This document shows, piece by piece, positions 9,695 through 19,109 of a stretch of DNA of 64,000 nt. Made by a program: the position numbers and the translations under genes. The stretch is taken from positions 6,775 to 70,774 of the forward strand of contig CAYQMF010000014.1 of NCBI GenBank assembly GCA_964418595.1. Reading direction: 5' to 3'. Every line of letters starts with the position of its first letter. Within the stretch, counting starts at the first letter, position 1. This stretch comes from an uncultured candidatus Brocadiaceae bacterium (GTDB lineage Bacteria > Planctomycetota > UBA1135 > UBA2386). Under the pieces are notes generated by a model. That model did no database searches and was not told the origin of the DNA. It saw only the letters and a program-made list of their open reading frames with translations.

Positions 9695-11534
9695 TCAGTC
9701 CGTGTCCGCCCGTTGCCGCGTGCGCAGCTCCTGCAGGCGCCGGCCGTAGGCCCGACCCACATCGCGCCGCGTGAGGCGGCCGAGCAGGCGGTTGCCGTCG
9801 GCGGCGTCGACCACGGGCAGCTCGTCGAGCTTCCTGCTGTCGAGTCGATCCATCGCCACGTGCAGGTCGTCCTTGGGCGTAACCGTGATCGGCGGCGTGC
9901 TCATCACGTCGCCGGCGATCGCCACGTGGTGCAGGCTCGCGTCGAAGGTGAACTCGCGCACGTCCCGCACCGACAGCACCCCGACGAACGTCCCGGCGTC
10001 GTCCACCACCGGGAAGTAGTCTTCGCGACTGCCCGCGATCACGTGCACCAGGTGTTCCATGGGCATGCCGACCGGCACCGTCTCCACCGGACCCGGCGTG
10101 AACACGTCGCCGACCCGCATCTTCTCGAGGAGCGCCACCTGATACTCGCCCGCGTGCGCCGGCGACAACGCCCGGTGCGGCACCTGGCTGCGATAGAGCG
10201 CCCAGCGCCGGCTGAGCAGGAACGTCAGCCCGCACACCCACATCGCCGGCAGCAGCAGCCGGTACGAGCCGGTCATCTCCGTGACCATCACGATGGTCGA
10301 GATCGGCGTCTTGGCCGCGCCGGCGAAGAACCCGCACATGCCGACGATCACGAGGTTCTGCGGGTTCTCGATCAGCCCCCACTGGTGGCAGGCGATGCCG
10401 ACCGCGCCCCCGACCCCACCGCCGATCACCATGCTCGGTCCGAACACGCCGGCGCTGCCGCCGGCGCCGATGGTGCACGACGTCGCCACGATCTTCAGCA
10501 GCGCGACCATCGCGAGCAGGCGGGCGCCGGACCATCCGGCCACGTCGCCATCCAGCGCCTGCTGCAGGATCCCGTAGCCGGAGCCGAGTACCGCGAGGCT
10601 GCGCGGATCGGCGCTGACCCACAGTGCCAGGAGCGCGAGGGCGCCGGTGAGCAACCCGCCGAGAGCCGCGACCAGCGGCCGCGGTCCGGGCACGCGCCGG
10701 AACGCGGCCTCTGCCCGCTAGCTAGAAGCACACCGTGTAGAGCGCGATCGCCGGCAGCAGGCAGAGCGCGAGCAGGGTGTACGGAAGCAGCTCCGCGACC
10801 CGCGCGAAGGTGAACCCCGGGCCCAGCACGAACAGCGGCTCCCATTCGCCCATCCAGCCGCAGAACACGCAGTAGGCCACCGCCGACGACAGGAACGCCG
10901 GCATGACGACGTCCGACTCCAGCTCCGCATCGCGGTAGAGGATCTCGGCCGCGAACAGCGCACCCGCGAACGGCGCGCGGAAGATCGCACCGACCCCCGC
11001 CGCCATCCCCGCCGAGAGCAACAGGCGCCGGCGCCGATCGCCGAGCCCGAGCACCTGCGCGAGCCACGACCCCGCGCCGGCGCCGATCTGGGCGATCGGT
11101 CCTTCACGCCCACCGCTGCCCCCGGTGCCGAGCGTGATCGCACTGGCCAGGGCCTTCACCACCGGCACGCGCCCGCGGATGTGACCGCCACGGTTGTGCC
11201 ACGCGTCGATCGCCGCGTCCGTGCCGTGCCCGGATGCCTCCGGGGCGAAGCGACGGCACAGGAAGCAGCTCACGAATCCCCCGAGTGCCGGCATCGAGAG
11301 CAGGCCGACGACACTGAGAACGACGACCGCTTCGCTCGTGAACAGGTGCAGCTCACCGCGCGGACCCACCGGCCGGTAGCCGGCGCCATGCACCAGGGCG
11401 AGCTCCGCGACGCCGTGCGCGAGGTACTCGAATGCGACTGCCCCGAGGCCCGCGACCGCGCCAACCAGCATGCACAGCAGGTAGACGGCGGAGCGATCGC
11501 GGAGGAGCGTGCGGAGGGACAGGGGCGAGCGCAT
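9695..11534 (-). pseudogene. CLC-family chloride channel/transporter with CBS pair, interrupted at 10718-10725
   Basis: GHG, GSGGREGP, GSAGVFGP motifs and two CBS domains in two ORFs (10722-11534, 9695-10693) separated by TTC TAG CTAG CGG. Confidence 0.85.
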
Positions 11535-11586
11535 TCAGGGGCAGGAGTGCGCGGAGTTCAAGGCGCGAATCAGTCCTCCGCGTCGA

Positions 11587-13515
11587 TCACTCGGCCCATT
11601 CGTACAGCACGAACAGAGGCATGGGCCCGGTGCCCTGCAGTTCGACCTGCAGTCGGCTCGCGTACACCGCCGAGAACCCCGGCACCGGCACTCCGAAACG
11701 CAGGCGCCAGTAGAGGCTCTGCTGCGCGAACGGCGTGACGCGCACCTCGTCGCCGTTGCGCTCGAAGGCGGTGCCGTCGACGCCGGCGATCTGCGGCGCG
11801 ACCTCGAGGAACATGCGGTCGAACCACACGACCACGTAGCGCACGCGGCGGGCGTGCAGCAACGCGCGCAGCGCCGCTCCGTCGCCCGGCTGCGCCAGGT
11901 AGGCGCGGTAGGCGTCACGGATCCCTTCGAGGTTGCGGTGGTAGCCCGACGCCACCACGGGCACGCGAGCGTCGCGCATCAACGGCGCGCCCAGCTCCCA
12001 CGGCGCGAGCACGGCGCGCGCGTCGCGACCCCGCGTGCGCTCCGCGAGCACCCGGCACAGCTCGGCGACGCCCTGGTCCGCGCGGCGCGTGAGCGCGGTG
12101 CGCGGCGCCGGCCGCGAGGCGCGCGCGGCGGCGAGGCCGGCGACGACGAAGGCGACGCGCGCAGGCCGCAGCAGGGCGGGCGACCGACGGGCGAGTTCGC
12201 CACCGAGCGCCTGCGCGCCCCGCACGAGCAGGAGCGGAAAGCAGATGCCGAACAGGTGCGCCAGCTTGCTCTCCCAGAGGGCGAGCGCGAACGTGCCGGC
12301 CACGAGGAGGAGGAGGGCGACGCGGAACGCAGGACTGCGGGCGGCGTCGCGCGCGCACGCGATGCCGAGGACCGGCAGCGCAACCACGCACCACGAGAGC
12401 CGCTGCATGCCGGCCTGCCACGAGAAGCCGCCGCGGTAGCTGAACGCGGCGTGGTACTCCTCGACGCACGTCTGCACCCAGGCGTTGGCGGCGGCGAACC
12501 GCGCGAGTTCGCCCTGCACGGCGGCCACGTACCCGGGCACGAGCCAGAGCACGCCGAGGCCGACGGCCACGGCCACCCCTGCGGCGGCCACCGCCGGCAC
12601 GCGCTTCCACACGAGCAGGAGGAACGCGAGGAACACCGCCGCCTGATGGGTCGTGAACCACGACACCTTGTCCCAGGTCACCGCCCACGGGCTCGTCTGC
12701 TCGAGCGTCTGCGCCACGACCAGCACGCCGAGCAGCGCGACGGCGCGCGCGAGTTCGTCACGCAGGTGCTCCGGCGGCAGCCCGCGCCGCATCCAGGTCA
12801 CCTGGACGAACGCGACCGCGCACAGCAACTGCACGAGCAGCATCGACTCGGTGGAGACCCACACGGCGCCGCCGAGCGCGGCACCGGCGAGCCACGCCAG
12901 ACCGCGACCGCCGAGGCCTTCGCAGCGCCGCAGCCAGGCGAGCACGCTGGCGAGCAGCAGCAGGTGCTGCAGGTTCTGATGGTCGCCGTTGCCCAGCCAC
13001 GACACGCTGAGGACCGGGTTGCCGAGCGTGTAGAACGCGCCCGCCAGGAGCGCGCCCGGGTCGCCGAGGAGACGCCGCGCAAGGCCCAGGAACACCAGCA
13101 GCGCGACGCACGCGAGCAGCGGACCGGCGAGGACCGCCGCGGCTTCGTACTTGCGGGCCTGCGGCAGGACCCAGCGCACCAGCGGATCGAGCCCGCGCAG
13201 GATCCACTCCATGGGCAACGTCCAGTGGATCTCCGTGCCCTCCGGGAAGCCGTCCTGCACTTCGCGCAGCGGGTAGCCCGGGCTGTGGTCGCGCGCCTCG
13301 AGGTGCGCGAGCCAGCGCAGCGTGTCGTTGTCGTACGGAGTGACGGCCTCCGGCCGCACGACGATCCGGTGATCGCCCAGGCGAGCGAAGAACGCGCCGC
13401 ACACGAGGGCCGCGGCCACGAGCCAGAACCAGCGGCGGGCGGATCGACGAGGGTCGGCGCAGTCGGGCACGGCGGAAGGAGAGCGCAACGCGATCGCCGA
13501 GAGAAGCGCGCGCAT
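11587..13515 (-). CDS. STT3/AglB-like oligosaccharyltransferase-family membrane protein
   Basis: DNDTLRW (DxD), FPEG.EIHW, GDHQ, CVEEY, then soluble C-domain VLAPWELG...RYVVV, in the order seen in STT3/PglB/AglB. Confidence 0.65.
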   Translation of the reverse strand: MRALLSAIALRSPSAVPDCADPRRSARRWFWLVAAALVCGAFFARLGDHRIVVRPEAVTPYDNDTLRWLAHLEARDHSPGYPLREVQDGFPEGTEIHWTLPMEWILRGLDPLVRWVLPQARKYEAAAVLAGPLLACVALLVFLGLARRLLGDPGALLAGAFYTLGNPVLSVSWLGNGDHQNLQHLLLLASVLAWLRRCEGLGGRGLAWLAGAALGGAVWVSTESMLLVQLLCAVAFVQVTWMRRGLPPEHLRDELARAVALLGVLVVAQTLEQTSPWAVTWDKVSWFTTHQAAVFLAFLLLVWKRVPAVAAAGVAVAVGLGVLWLVPGYVAAVQGELARFAAANAWVQTCVEEYHAAFSYRGGFSWQAGMQRLSWCVVALPVLGIACARDAARSPAFRVALLLLVAGTFALALWESKLAHLFGICFPLLLVRGAQALGGELARRSPALLRPARVAFVVAGLAAARASRPAPRTALTRRADQGVAELCRVLAERTRGRDARAVLAPWELGAPLMRDARVPVVASGYHRNLEGIRDAYRAYLAQPGDGAALRALLHARRVRYVVVWFDRMFLEVAPQIAGVDGTAFERNGDEVRVTPFAQQSLYWRLRFGVPVPGFSAVYASRLQVELQGTGPMPLFVLYEWAE

Positions 13516-13546
13516 GCCCGGACCGCGACTCCTACCATCCCCGCCC

Positions 13547-15322
13547 ATGTCGCCGTCCTTGGTCCGCGCCTGCGGTCCCGTCGTGGTCGCCGTCGCGTGG
13601 CTCGCGATGGTCGTCTGGACCTGGGGCTCGTGGGCCGACCCGCTCGTCGACTTCGGCCGGGAGCTGTACGTCCCGTGGCGGATCCTCGAGGGTGATCGCC
13701 TCTACGTGGATCTCGCGTACTTCAACGGCCCGCTGTCGCCGCACGTGAACGCGCTGTGGTTCCTGGTCGGCGGCACGAGCCTGCGCACGTTGTTCATCGC
13801 CAACCTCGCCCTGGTCGCGCTGGTGGCGGGCATGCTCTGGCACCTCCTGCGTCCCGTGACGAGCGCGCTCGCGACGACCATCGGCTGCGTGGCCTTCGTG
13901 CTGCTGTTCGCGTTCGAGCAGTTGCTGTGGGTGTCGGTCTTCAACTGGGTCGCGCCCTACTCGCACGAGGTGACGCACGGCATCGCCCTCGGCCTCGCGT
14001 CGCTGCTCTGCTTCGCGCGCCACCTGCGCCACGGCGGCACGCTCGTCCTCGCCGGCAGCGGCCTGTGCGCGGGGCTCGGGTTCCTCACCAAGCCGGAGAC
14101 CTTCCTCGCGACCGCGGGTGCGTTGGCGGTAGCCTGCGCGCTCGCGCCGGGCGGCGAAGGCTCAGGCACCCGGCTCCGCCGCCCGTTGACCCTCGCGTGC
14201 ACGGGCCTTGCCGTGGTGGGTCTCGCCTTCCTGCTCCTCCTCCTGCGTCTGCCCGCCGGCGACGCCTTCGCGGGCGTGCTCGGCGGCTGGCGCCACGTGT
14301 GGAACCCCGCGCTCGGCGCGATGCCGTTCTACCGGGATCTCCTCGGCATCCACGACCCCGCGACCACGCTGCGCCACTTCGGGCAGTGGTGCGTGGCGCT
14401 TGCCGCCGTCCTGCTGCCGGCCGCGGTCGTCGTGTGGATCGCTCGCCCGCGTCGCCTGGGCGTCGTGCTCGGCCTCGCCGCGCTGGTCGTCGCCATCGAC
14501 CTCGGCCTCGCCCTCGTGGCCCGCGTCCAATGGTGGCGCATCGGCCAGATCCTGCCGCTCGCGATGCTCGGGCTCGCACTCGCGGAGGCGCGTCGGGCAT
14601 GGCGAAGGCACCGCGACCCGGGCGCGGCCCGCAGCGTCATGCGCGCCGCGCTCGCCACCTTCGCGCTCCTGCTCCTGCTCAAGATGCTCTTCAATGCCCG
14701 CTTCGAGCACTACGGCTTCGCGCTGGCGATGCCGGCGGCCGTGCTCGGCACAGCCCTCCTCCTCGACTGGCTGCCGCGCGTGCTCGCGCGCCGCGGCGGC
14801 AACCCGCTGCCCTTCCAGGCCGCGGGTGCGGTGGTGCTCGTGGCCACGACGGTGGGCGTGTTGCACGGCACGAAGACCCATCTCGACGCCAAGACCACCG
14901 TCGTCGGCAGTGGTGCGGACGAACTGCGCGCCGACCACCGCGGCCGCTGCGTGCAGGAGATCGTGACGGCGATCGAGACGCAGCGCGCGCCGGGCCAGAC
15001 CCTCGCCGTGCTCCCGGAGGGCTGCACCCTCAACTTCTGGCTGCGCATGCCCAACCCCACGCGCTTCATCAACCTCATGCCGCCGGAGGTCGCGATGTTC
15101 GGCGCACCGACCATCGCCGCCGCCTACCGCGCCGACCCGCCCGACTTCCTGGTGCTCGCCCACAAGGACACGGCGGAGTACGGCCCCCGCTTCTTCGGCG
15201 CCGACTACCTCGCGGAGATGCGGACCTGGATCAATGCGAACTACAGCTTCGTGCTCGGCACGGGCGACCAGCCCTTCGTCGAGGCCCAGCAGTTCGGGAT
15301 GGTGCTGCTGCGCCGACGGTGA
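13547..15322 (+). CDS. GT-C fold membrane glycosyltransferase (ArnT/PMT-like)
   Basis: DFGRELYVPWRILEGDRLYVDLAYFNGPLSP, FLTKPE; polytopic; TACCAT -10 lies 8 nt before the ATG. Confidence 0.75.
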   Translation: MSPSLVRACGPVVVAVAWLAMVVWTWGSWADPLVDFGRELYVPWRILEGDRLYVDLAYFNGPLSPHVNALWFLVGGTSLRTLFIANLALVALVAGMLWHLLRPVTSALATTIGCVAFVLLFAFEQLLWVSVFNWVAPYSHEVTHGIALGLASLLCFARHLRHGGTLVLAGSGLCAGLGFLTKPETFLATAGALAVACALAPGGEGSGTRLRRPLTLACTGLAVVGLAFLLLLLRLPAGDAFAGVLGGWRHVWNPALGAMPFYRDLLGIHDPATTLRHFGQWCVALAAVLLPAAVVVWIARPRRLGVVLGLAALVVAIDLGLALVARVQWWRIGQILPLAMLGLALAEARRAWRRHRDPGAARSVMRAALATFALLLLLKMLFNARFEHYGFALAMPAAVLGTALLLDWLPRVLARRGGNPLPFQAAGAVVLVATTVGVLHGTKTHLDAKTTVVGSGADELRADHRGRCVQEIVTAIETQRAPGQTLAVLPEGCTLNFWLRMPNPTRFINLMPPEVAMFGAPTIAAAYRADPPDFLVLAHKDTAEYGPRFFGADYLAEMRTWINANYSFVLGTGDQPFVEAQQFGMVLLRRR

Positions 15323-15346
15323 GCCGCGCAGTCAGCGGCGCGCAGG

Positions 15347-16909
15347 TCAGAGGACCAGCACCTGGAACATCGAGAGGAAGTAGTCGAACGTGCGCGCGTG
15401 CGGCACTGGGCGCTTGCTCGCCGTGCCCTCGAGGCCCAGCAGGAGCGTGCGGTCCATGCGCGCGTCGACGACCCAGATCGCCGAACCTCCCGGTGGCCGG
15501 TAGGCCGCGATGACCTTGTCGAGCTGCGCCTCGATCTCCTCGGGACGGAAGCTCCACACCAGCGGCGTCAGCGTGCGGTAGCCGCCGATCCGCTGCTCCA
15601 TGTACCCGGTCTGCGTGTGCGGAAACCCGACGTGCTCGCTCAGCGCTTCGCGATCCAGGTAGTAGCGCAGCATCGCCAGGCTCTGCATGTCGCAGAGGAT
15701 CGTGCTGCCCGCCGGCGCGTTGGCGCGCAGGAACGCGAGGCCTTCCGCCATGGCCGCGCGCGTGAGGTTGCTGCGATGGCCGGCGCGGCCCTCGGTAGCG
15801 GCGGCGAAGGTCCACGTCGCGACCAGCGCCAGCGCCGCGGCGACCGTCGCCCAGCCTCGCCAGCGCCCGAGCCAGGCGATGGGCAACGCCAGCGCGGCGA
15901 GCGCGAAGGGCGCCAGGAACGTCGAGTGCCGGCTCCCGCCGTACGGGAACAGGTTGAGGATCCCGGCGACGCAGGCGAGCAGGGGCGTGAGCACGAGCAG
16001 CAGCGTCGGCGCGAGTCCGTACCGGCGGGCGCACACGACCGCACCCGCCACCGCCAGCAGGAGCAGCACGACGCCGAGCACGAGCTGGGCCGGCACCGCG
16101 CCGACCGGCACGGCGAGCCACAGGCACAAGCGCACGGTGCTGTCCCAGGCAAAGCCGAGGATGGCACCCACGGAGTGGCCGCCCGCGCCGAGGTACGACT
16201 GCGACAGCCACGAGCCGATGGCTTCCTTCTCCATCCCGCCGCCGTGCAGGTGGCGCAGATGCGTGAACCACAGGAACGCGTACACGGCGGCGGCGACGGT
16301 CTCGACCGCCAGCCAGGTGAAGACGAAGGCGCGCGCCGGTCGGCGGCGCACGATCTGGACGAGCCCGTACACACCGAGCGCCGCGGTGACCCACACCATC
16401 GAGTAGTGCGTGAGGATCGCCAGGATCAGGAACGCACCATGGGCGAGGAGCGCGCGCGCCGACCAGGCGGTCAACGCGCGCTGCAGGCAGACAAGCGTGC
16501 CGGCGATACCGAACAGGAGCAGCCCGTAGCCGCGCACCTCGGCGCTGACCTCGACGAGGCCGGGTGCGGTAGCGACCAGCACGGCGACCACGGCGCCGGT
16601 GCGCACATCGAACAGCAGCGTCGCCCAGCGCGCGAGCAGCCAGATCGCCGCAGACCCGAACAGCACCGCAGGCAGGCGCAGCCACAGCTCCGACGTGCCG
16701 AGCAGGTGCCAGGCATACAACGACAGGAAATACAGCGGCGGGTGCGCGTTGGTCTTGCTCGCCGCGTACACGAGCCCGGCGTCGGCGCGGTGGAACAGCT
16801 CGTAGTGCAGCGCCTCGTCGCCGTTGAACCGCATGAGGAGTGCGGTCCACAGGCGCAACGCAAAGCCGAGGACGACGGCGCCGAGCACGATCCAGCGCGC
16901 GTGCTTCAC
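15347..16909 (-). CDS. GT-C fold membrane glycosyltransferase (family 39-like)
   Basis: FNGDEALHY...HPPLYF...LRLP...EVRGY...THY motifs; polytopic. Confidence 0.8.
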   Translation of the reverse strand: MKHARWIVLGAVVLGFALRLWTALLMRFNGDEALHYELFHRADAGLVYAASKTNAHPPLYFLSLYAWHLLGTSELWLRLPAVLFGSAAIWLLARWATLLFDVRTGAVVAVLVATAPGLVEVSAEVRGYGLLLFGIAGTLVCLQRALTAWSARALLAHGAFLILAILTHYSMVWVTAALGVYGLVQIVRRRPARAFVFTWLAVETVAAAVYAFLWFTHLRHLHGGGMEKEAIGSWLSQSYLGAGGHSVGAILGFAWDSTVRLCLWLAVPVGAVPAQLVLGVVLLLLAVAGAVVCARRYGLAPTLLLVLTPLLACVAGILNLFPYGGSRHSTFLAPFALAALALPIAWLGRWRGWATVAAALALVATWTFAAATEGRAGHRSNLTRAAMAEGLAFLRANAPAGSTILCDMQSLAMLRYYLDREALSEHVGFPHTQTGYMEQRIGGYRTLTPLVWSFRPEEIEAQLDKVIAAYRPPGGSAIWVVDARMDRTLLLGLEGTASKRPVPHARTFDYFLSMFQVLVL

Positions 16910-17007
16910 GATCGCGCATCGCCTCCGGCGATCGGACGCGGTGCGATCCGGCTCAGCCGCGGCAACCGGACCCGAGATCCGTCGAGGGAGACGCTGGCAA
17001 GGAGCAT
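16906..17007 (-). CDS. Possible 33-aa upstream ORF coupled to the GT-C gene
   Basis: ATG 6 nt after the TGAGAT box of the 38-bp repeat; TGA overlaps the GTG of the next gene; MLLASVSLDGSRVRLPRLSRIAPRPIAGGDARS. Confidence 0.3.
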   Translation of the reverse strand: MLLASVSLDGSRVRLPRLSRIAPRPIAGGDARS

Positions 17008-17012
17008 GGGTG

Positions 17013-17050
17013 GATCTCAGGTGATGCGGCCGCGGAAAGCAATCCGACGC
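17013..17050 (-). repeat. 38-bp direct repeat, copy 1 (promoter-like)
   Basis: 33/38 identical to 18973-19010; minus strand reads TTGCTT-N17-TGAGAT-N6-ATG. Confidence 0.8.
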
Positions 17051-17110
17051 CCCAGCACCGGAGGGTGCAGCCCTGGCAGAGCACGGCGCCGGTTCATCGT
17101 CACCTAGCTC

Positions 17111-18967
17111 CTAGCGCGACTCCCGCCCGGCCCCGTGACGCATGAGTGCCTTCAGCTCGTCGAGATGCTCCGCGTACACCGCGCGTGGCGTGCACCCGTG
17201 GCGTTCGCACAGCGCCGCCGCCATGCCGACGATCTCGCCCATCATCCCGCAGGTCTGCATCACCCGCACGGCGCCGAGCGCCTCGTGCGTGACGCTGATG
17301 TCCCGCCCCGCCATGAACAGGTTGTCGATGTTGCGGCTGTAGAGGCTGCGGTAGGGCGCCCAGTAGGGCCCCTGGTAGGTGAAGCCCTGGCCGCGCGTGT
17401 AGTCGGAGATGAACTCGTCGCCGGCATGCCCTTCGGAATAGGTCCGGTGCGGGAAGTGCAGGTCGATGTGCCAGGTGCAGGGGAACGCGCCGTCGGGGAA
17501 CGGCCGCATCGCGTGGAAGTCGTCGGCGGTCAGCACGACGTCGCCGAGCAGCCGCCGCGACTCGCGCTTGCCGGCGATGAACGCCGCCCACTTCAGCCGA
17601 TGGTTCGGGTGCCGGCCATCCACGTTCTTGATGGCGTCCCACGCCCCGAACATCGCGCGCAGGTTCTGGTCGCGCATGCGCTCGAGGTCGGTGATCGGGT
17701 GACGATCGAAGCCGGTCTCCCAGAACCAGCCGCCGAGCTGGCGCAGGTCGCCGTCCTTGCGCCCCGGGAAGGGGCGATCGCCGAGGTCGACCGCCCATGG
17801 ACAGCGCGGGAACGGTGCCAGGGTCGTGCTCGCGGTGAACGTGATCGACAGCGGGTCGTCGTCTTCGCATTCGCAGCGGAGCTGGTGCTCGTTCTTCTCT
17901 ACGGCGCCGACGTTCCAGAGGTTGCTCACGCCCATGTGGCCCTCCTCCGTCATGTCGAAGTCGGCACCGACGAGCGCGCCGACGACGCCATCGCCAGTCG
18001 CGTCGAGGAAGCGATCGGCGGTGAGGCGCTGGCGGCGGCCGCTGCGCGTGTGCTGTGCAACGACCGCAACGACGAGGGCATCCTTCGTCTCCACGGCGTT
18101 GGCGCGATGTTCGAGGAGCAGAGTGAGGTTCGGCTCGGCGCGCGCCAGCTCGAGCTTGCGTCGGTCCTCGTAGATCCCCGCCTCGCCCGCGTTGCCGTCG
18201 CCCGCACCCTTCTTGCGCACGAGCTCACGCACGACGTCGCCGACGCGCGGGTACGGCTCGTGGTTGGTGTGCCCCTCGGGCCACACCCGCACCTCCGAGC
18301 TGCCGTTGCCGCCGAGCACCGGTCGATCCTGGAGCAGGGCGATGGACAACCCAAGCCGCGCCGCCGTGATCGCCGCCGCGGTGCCCGCGATGCCGCCGCC
18401 GACGACGACGAGGTCGAAGTGTCCGACGGCAGCCGGCGCCTTGTCCCACCCGAGCGACCGCCCACGCAGCCGCTCCAGCTCCTCGCCGCCATCGGGCGGG
18501 GCGAACGCGGGATCGCGCGCGAACAGGATCGCATCGCAGCGTCCGTCGAACCCGGCGAGGTCGTGCAGCGCGAGCTGCGCGCGTTCGCCCACGGTCACCG
18601 GGCCGCCTGCCTGCCAGTGCCACGCTTCGCCTTCGGTGCCGAACGTGGTCGCCAGGGCAACGCCATCGACCCGCAACTGGAAGCGACCCGGCGCCCCCGG
18701 CGCATTCCACGGCGCGACCCAGTCGCGTGTGCGCACGAACACGTGCCACGAACCGGCCGTCGGGAACGCGACCGTCGTCGTCGCAGCGCGCACCGGCTCC
18801 CCCAGCCCGTGCGCGAGCAGGAACGGCGAGCCCATGAAGTCCATGAACTGCTGATCGACGACCCAGCCGCCGGTGTCCGCGAACGCCTCGGCCTCGACCA
18901 GGACGAGCGACGGCGTCTGTGCAGCGAGAGTCGGAGCCGCCACGAGGAACAGGCAGGCGCAGATCAT
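17111..18967 (-). CDS. Secreted FAD-dependent oxidoreductase (FAD_oxidored-type family)
   Basis: Signal peptide ending LAAQ; DLVVVGGGIAG; LGGNGSSEVR; FLDATGDG; GKRESRRLLGD; NLFMAGRDIS. Confidence 0.88.
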   Translation of the reverse strand: MICACLFLVAAPTLAAQTPSLVLVEAEAFADTGGWVVDQQFMDFMGSPFLLAHGLGEPVRAATTTVAFPTAGSWHVFVRTRDWVAPWNAPGAPGRFQLRVDGVALATTFGTEGEAWHWQAGGPVTVGERAQLALHDLAGFDGRCDAILFARDPAFAPPDGGEELERLRGRSLGWDKAPAAVGHFDLVVVGGGIAGTAAAITAARLGLSIALLQDRPVLGGNGSSEVRVWPEGHTNHEPYPRVGDVVRELVRKKGAGDGNAGEAGIYEDRRKLELARAEPNLTLLLEHRANAVETKDALVVAVVAQHTRSGRRQRLTADRFLDATGDGVVGALVGADFDMTEEGHMGVSNLWNVGAVEKNEHQLRCECEDDDPLSITFTASTTLAPFPRCPWAVDLGDRPFPGRKDGDLRQLGGWFWETGFDRHPITDLERMRDQNLRAMFGAWDAIKNVDGRHPNHRLKWAAFIAGKRESRRLLGDVVLTADDFHAMRPFPDGAFPCTWHIDLHFPHRTYSEGHAGDEFISDYTRGQGFTYQGPYWAPYRSLYSRNIDNLFMAGRDISVTHEALGAVRVMQTCGMMGEIVGMAAALCERHGCTPRAVYAEHLDELKALMRHGAGRESR

Positions 18968-18972
18968 CGAGA

Positions 18973-19010
18973 GATCTCAGGGGATGCGGGCGAGGATTGC
19001 AATCCGACGC
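18973..19010 (-). repeat. 38-bp direct repeat, copy 2 (promoter-like)
   Basis: Minus strand reads TTGCAA-N17-TGAGAT-N6-ATG; contains the palindrome GGATTGCAATCC (18994-19005). Confidence 0.8.
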
Positions 19011-19109
19011 GCCTCGCGGCCAGCGCAGGGCCGCGACGGCAAGCGTCACCAGCGCGCGCTGACGAACGACGCGCTATGGTCGCCGCCCTCGCTAAGCGAC
19101 CCCGCAGCC

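Noticed and set aside
10722-10724. Amber codon in the CLC gene as pyrrolysine or read-through
   Set aside because: A 4-nt frameshift accompanies it and no pyl genes are visible.
17013-19010. 38-bp repeats as integron attC sites or IS ends
   Set aside because: They are direct rather than inverted, show no RYYYAAC/GTTRRRY core, and no integrase or transposase lies nearby.
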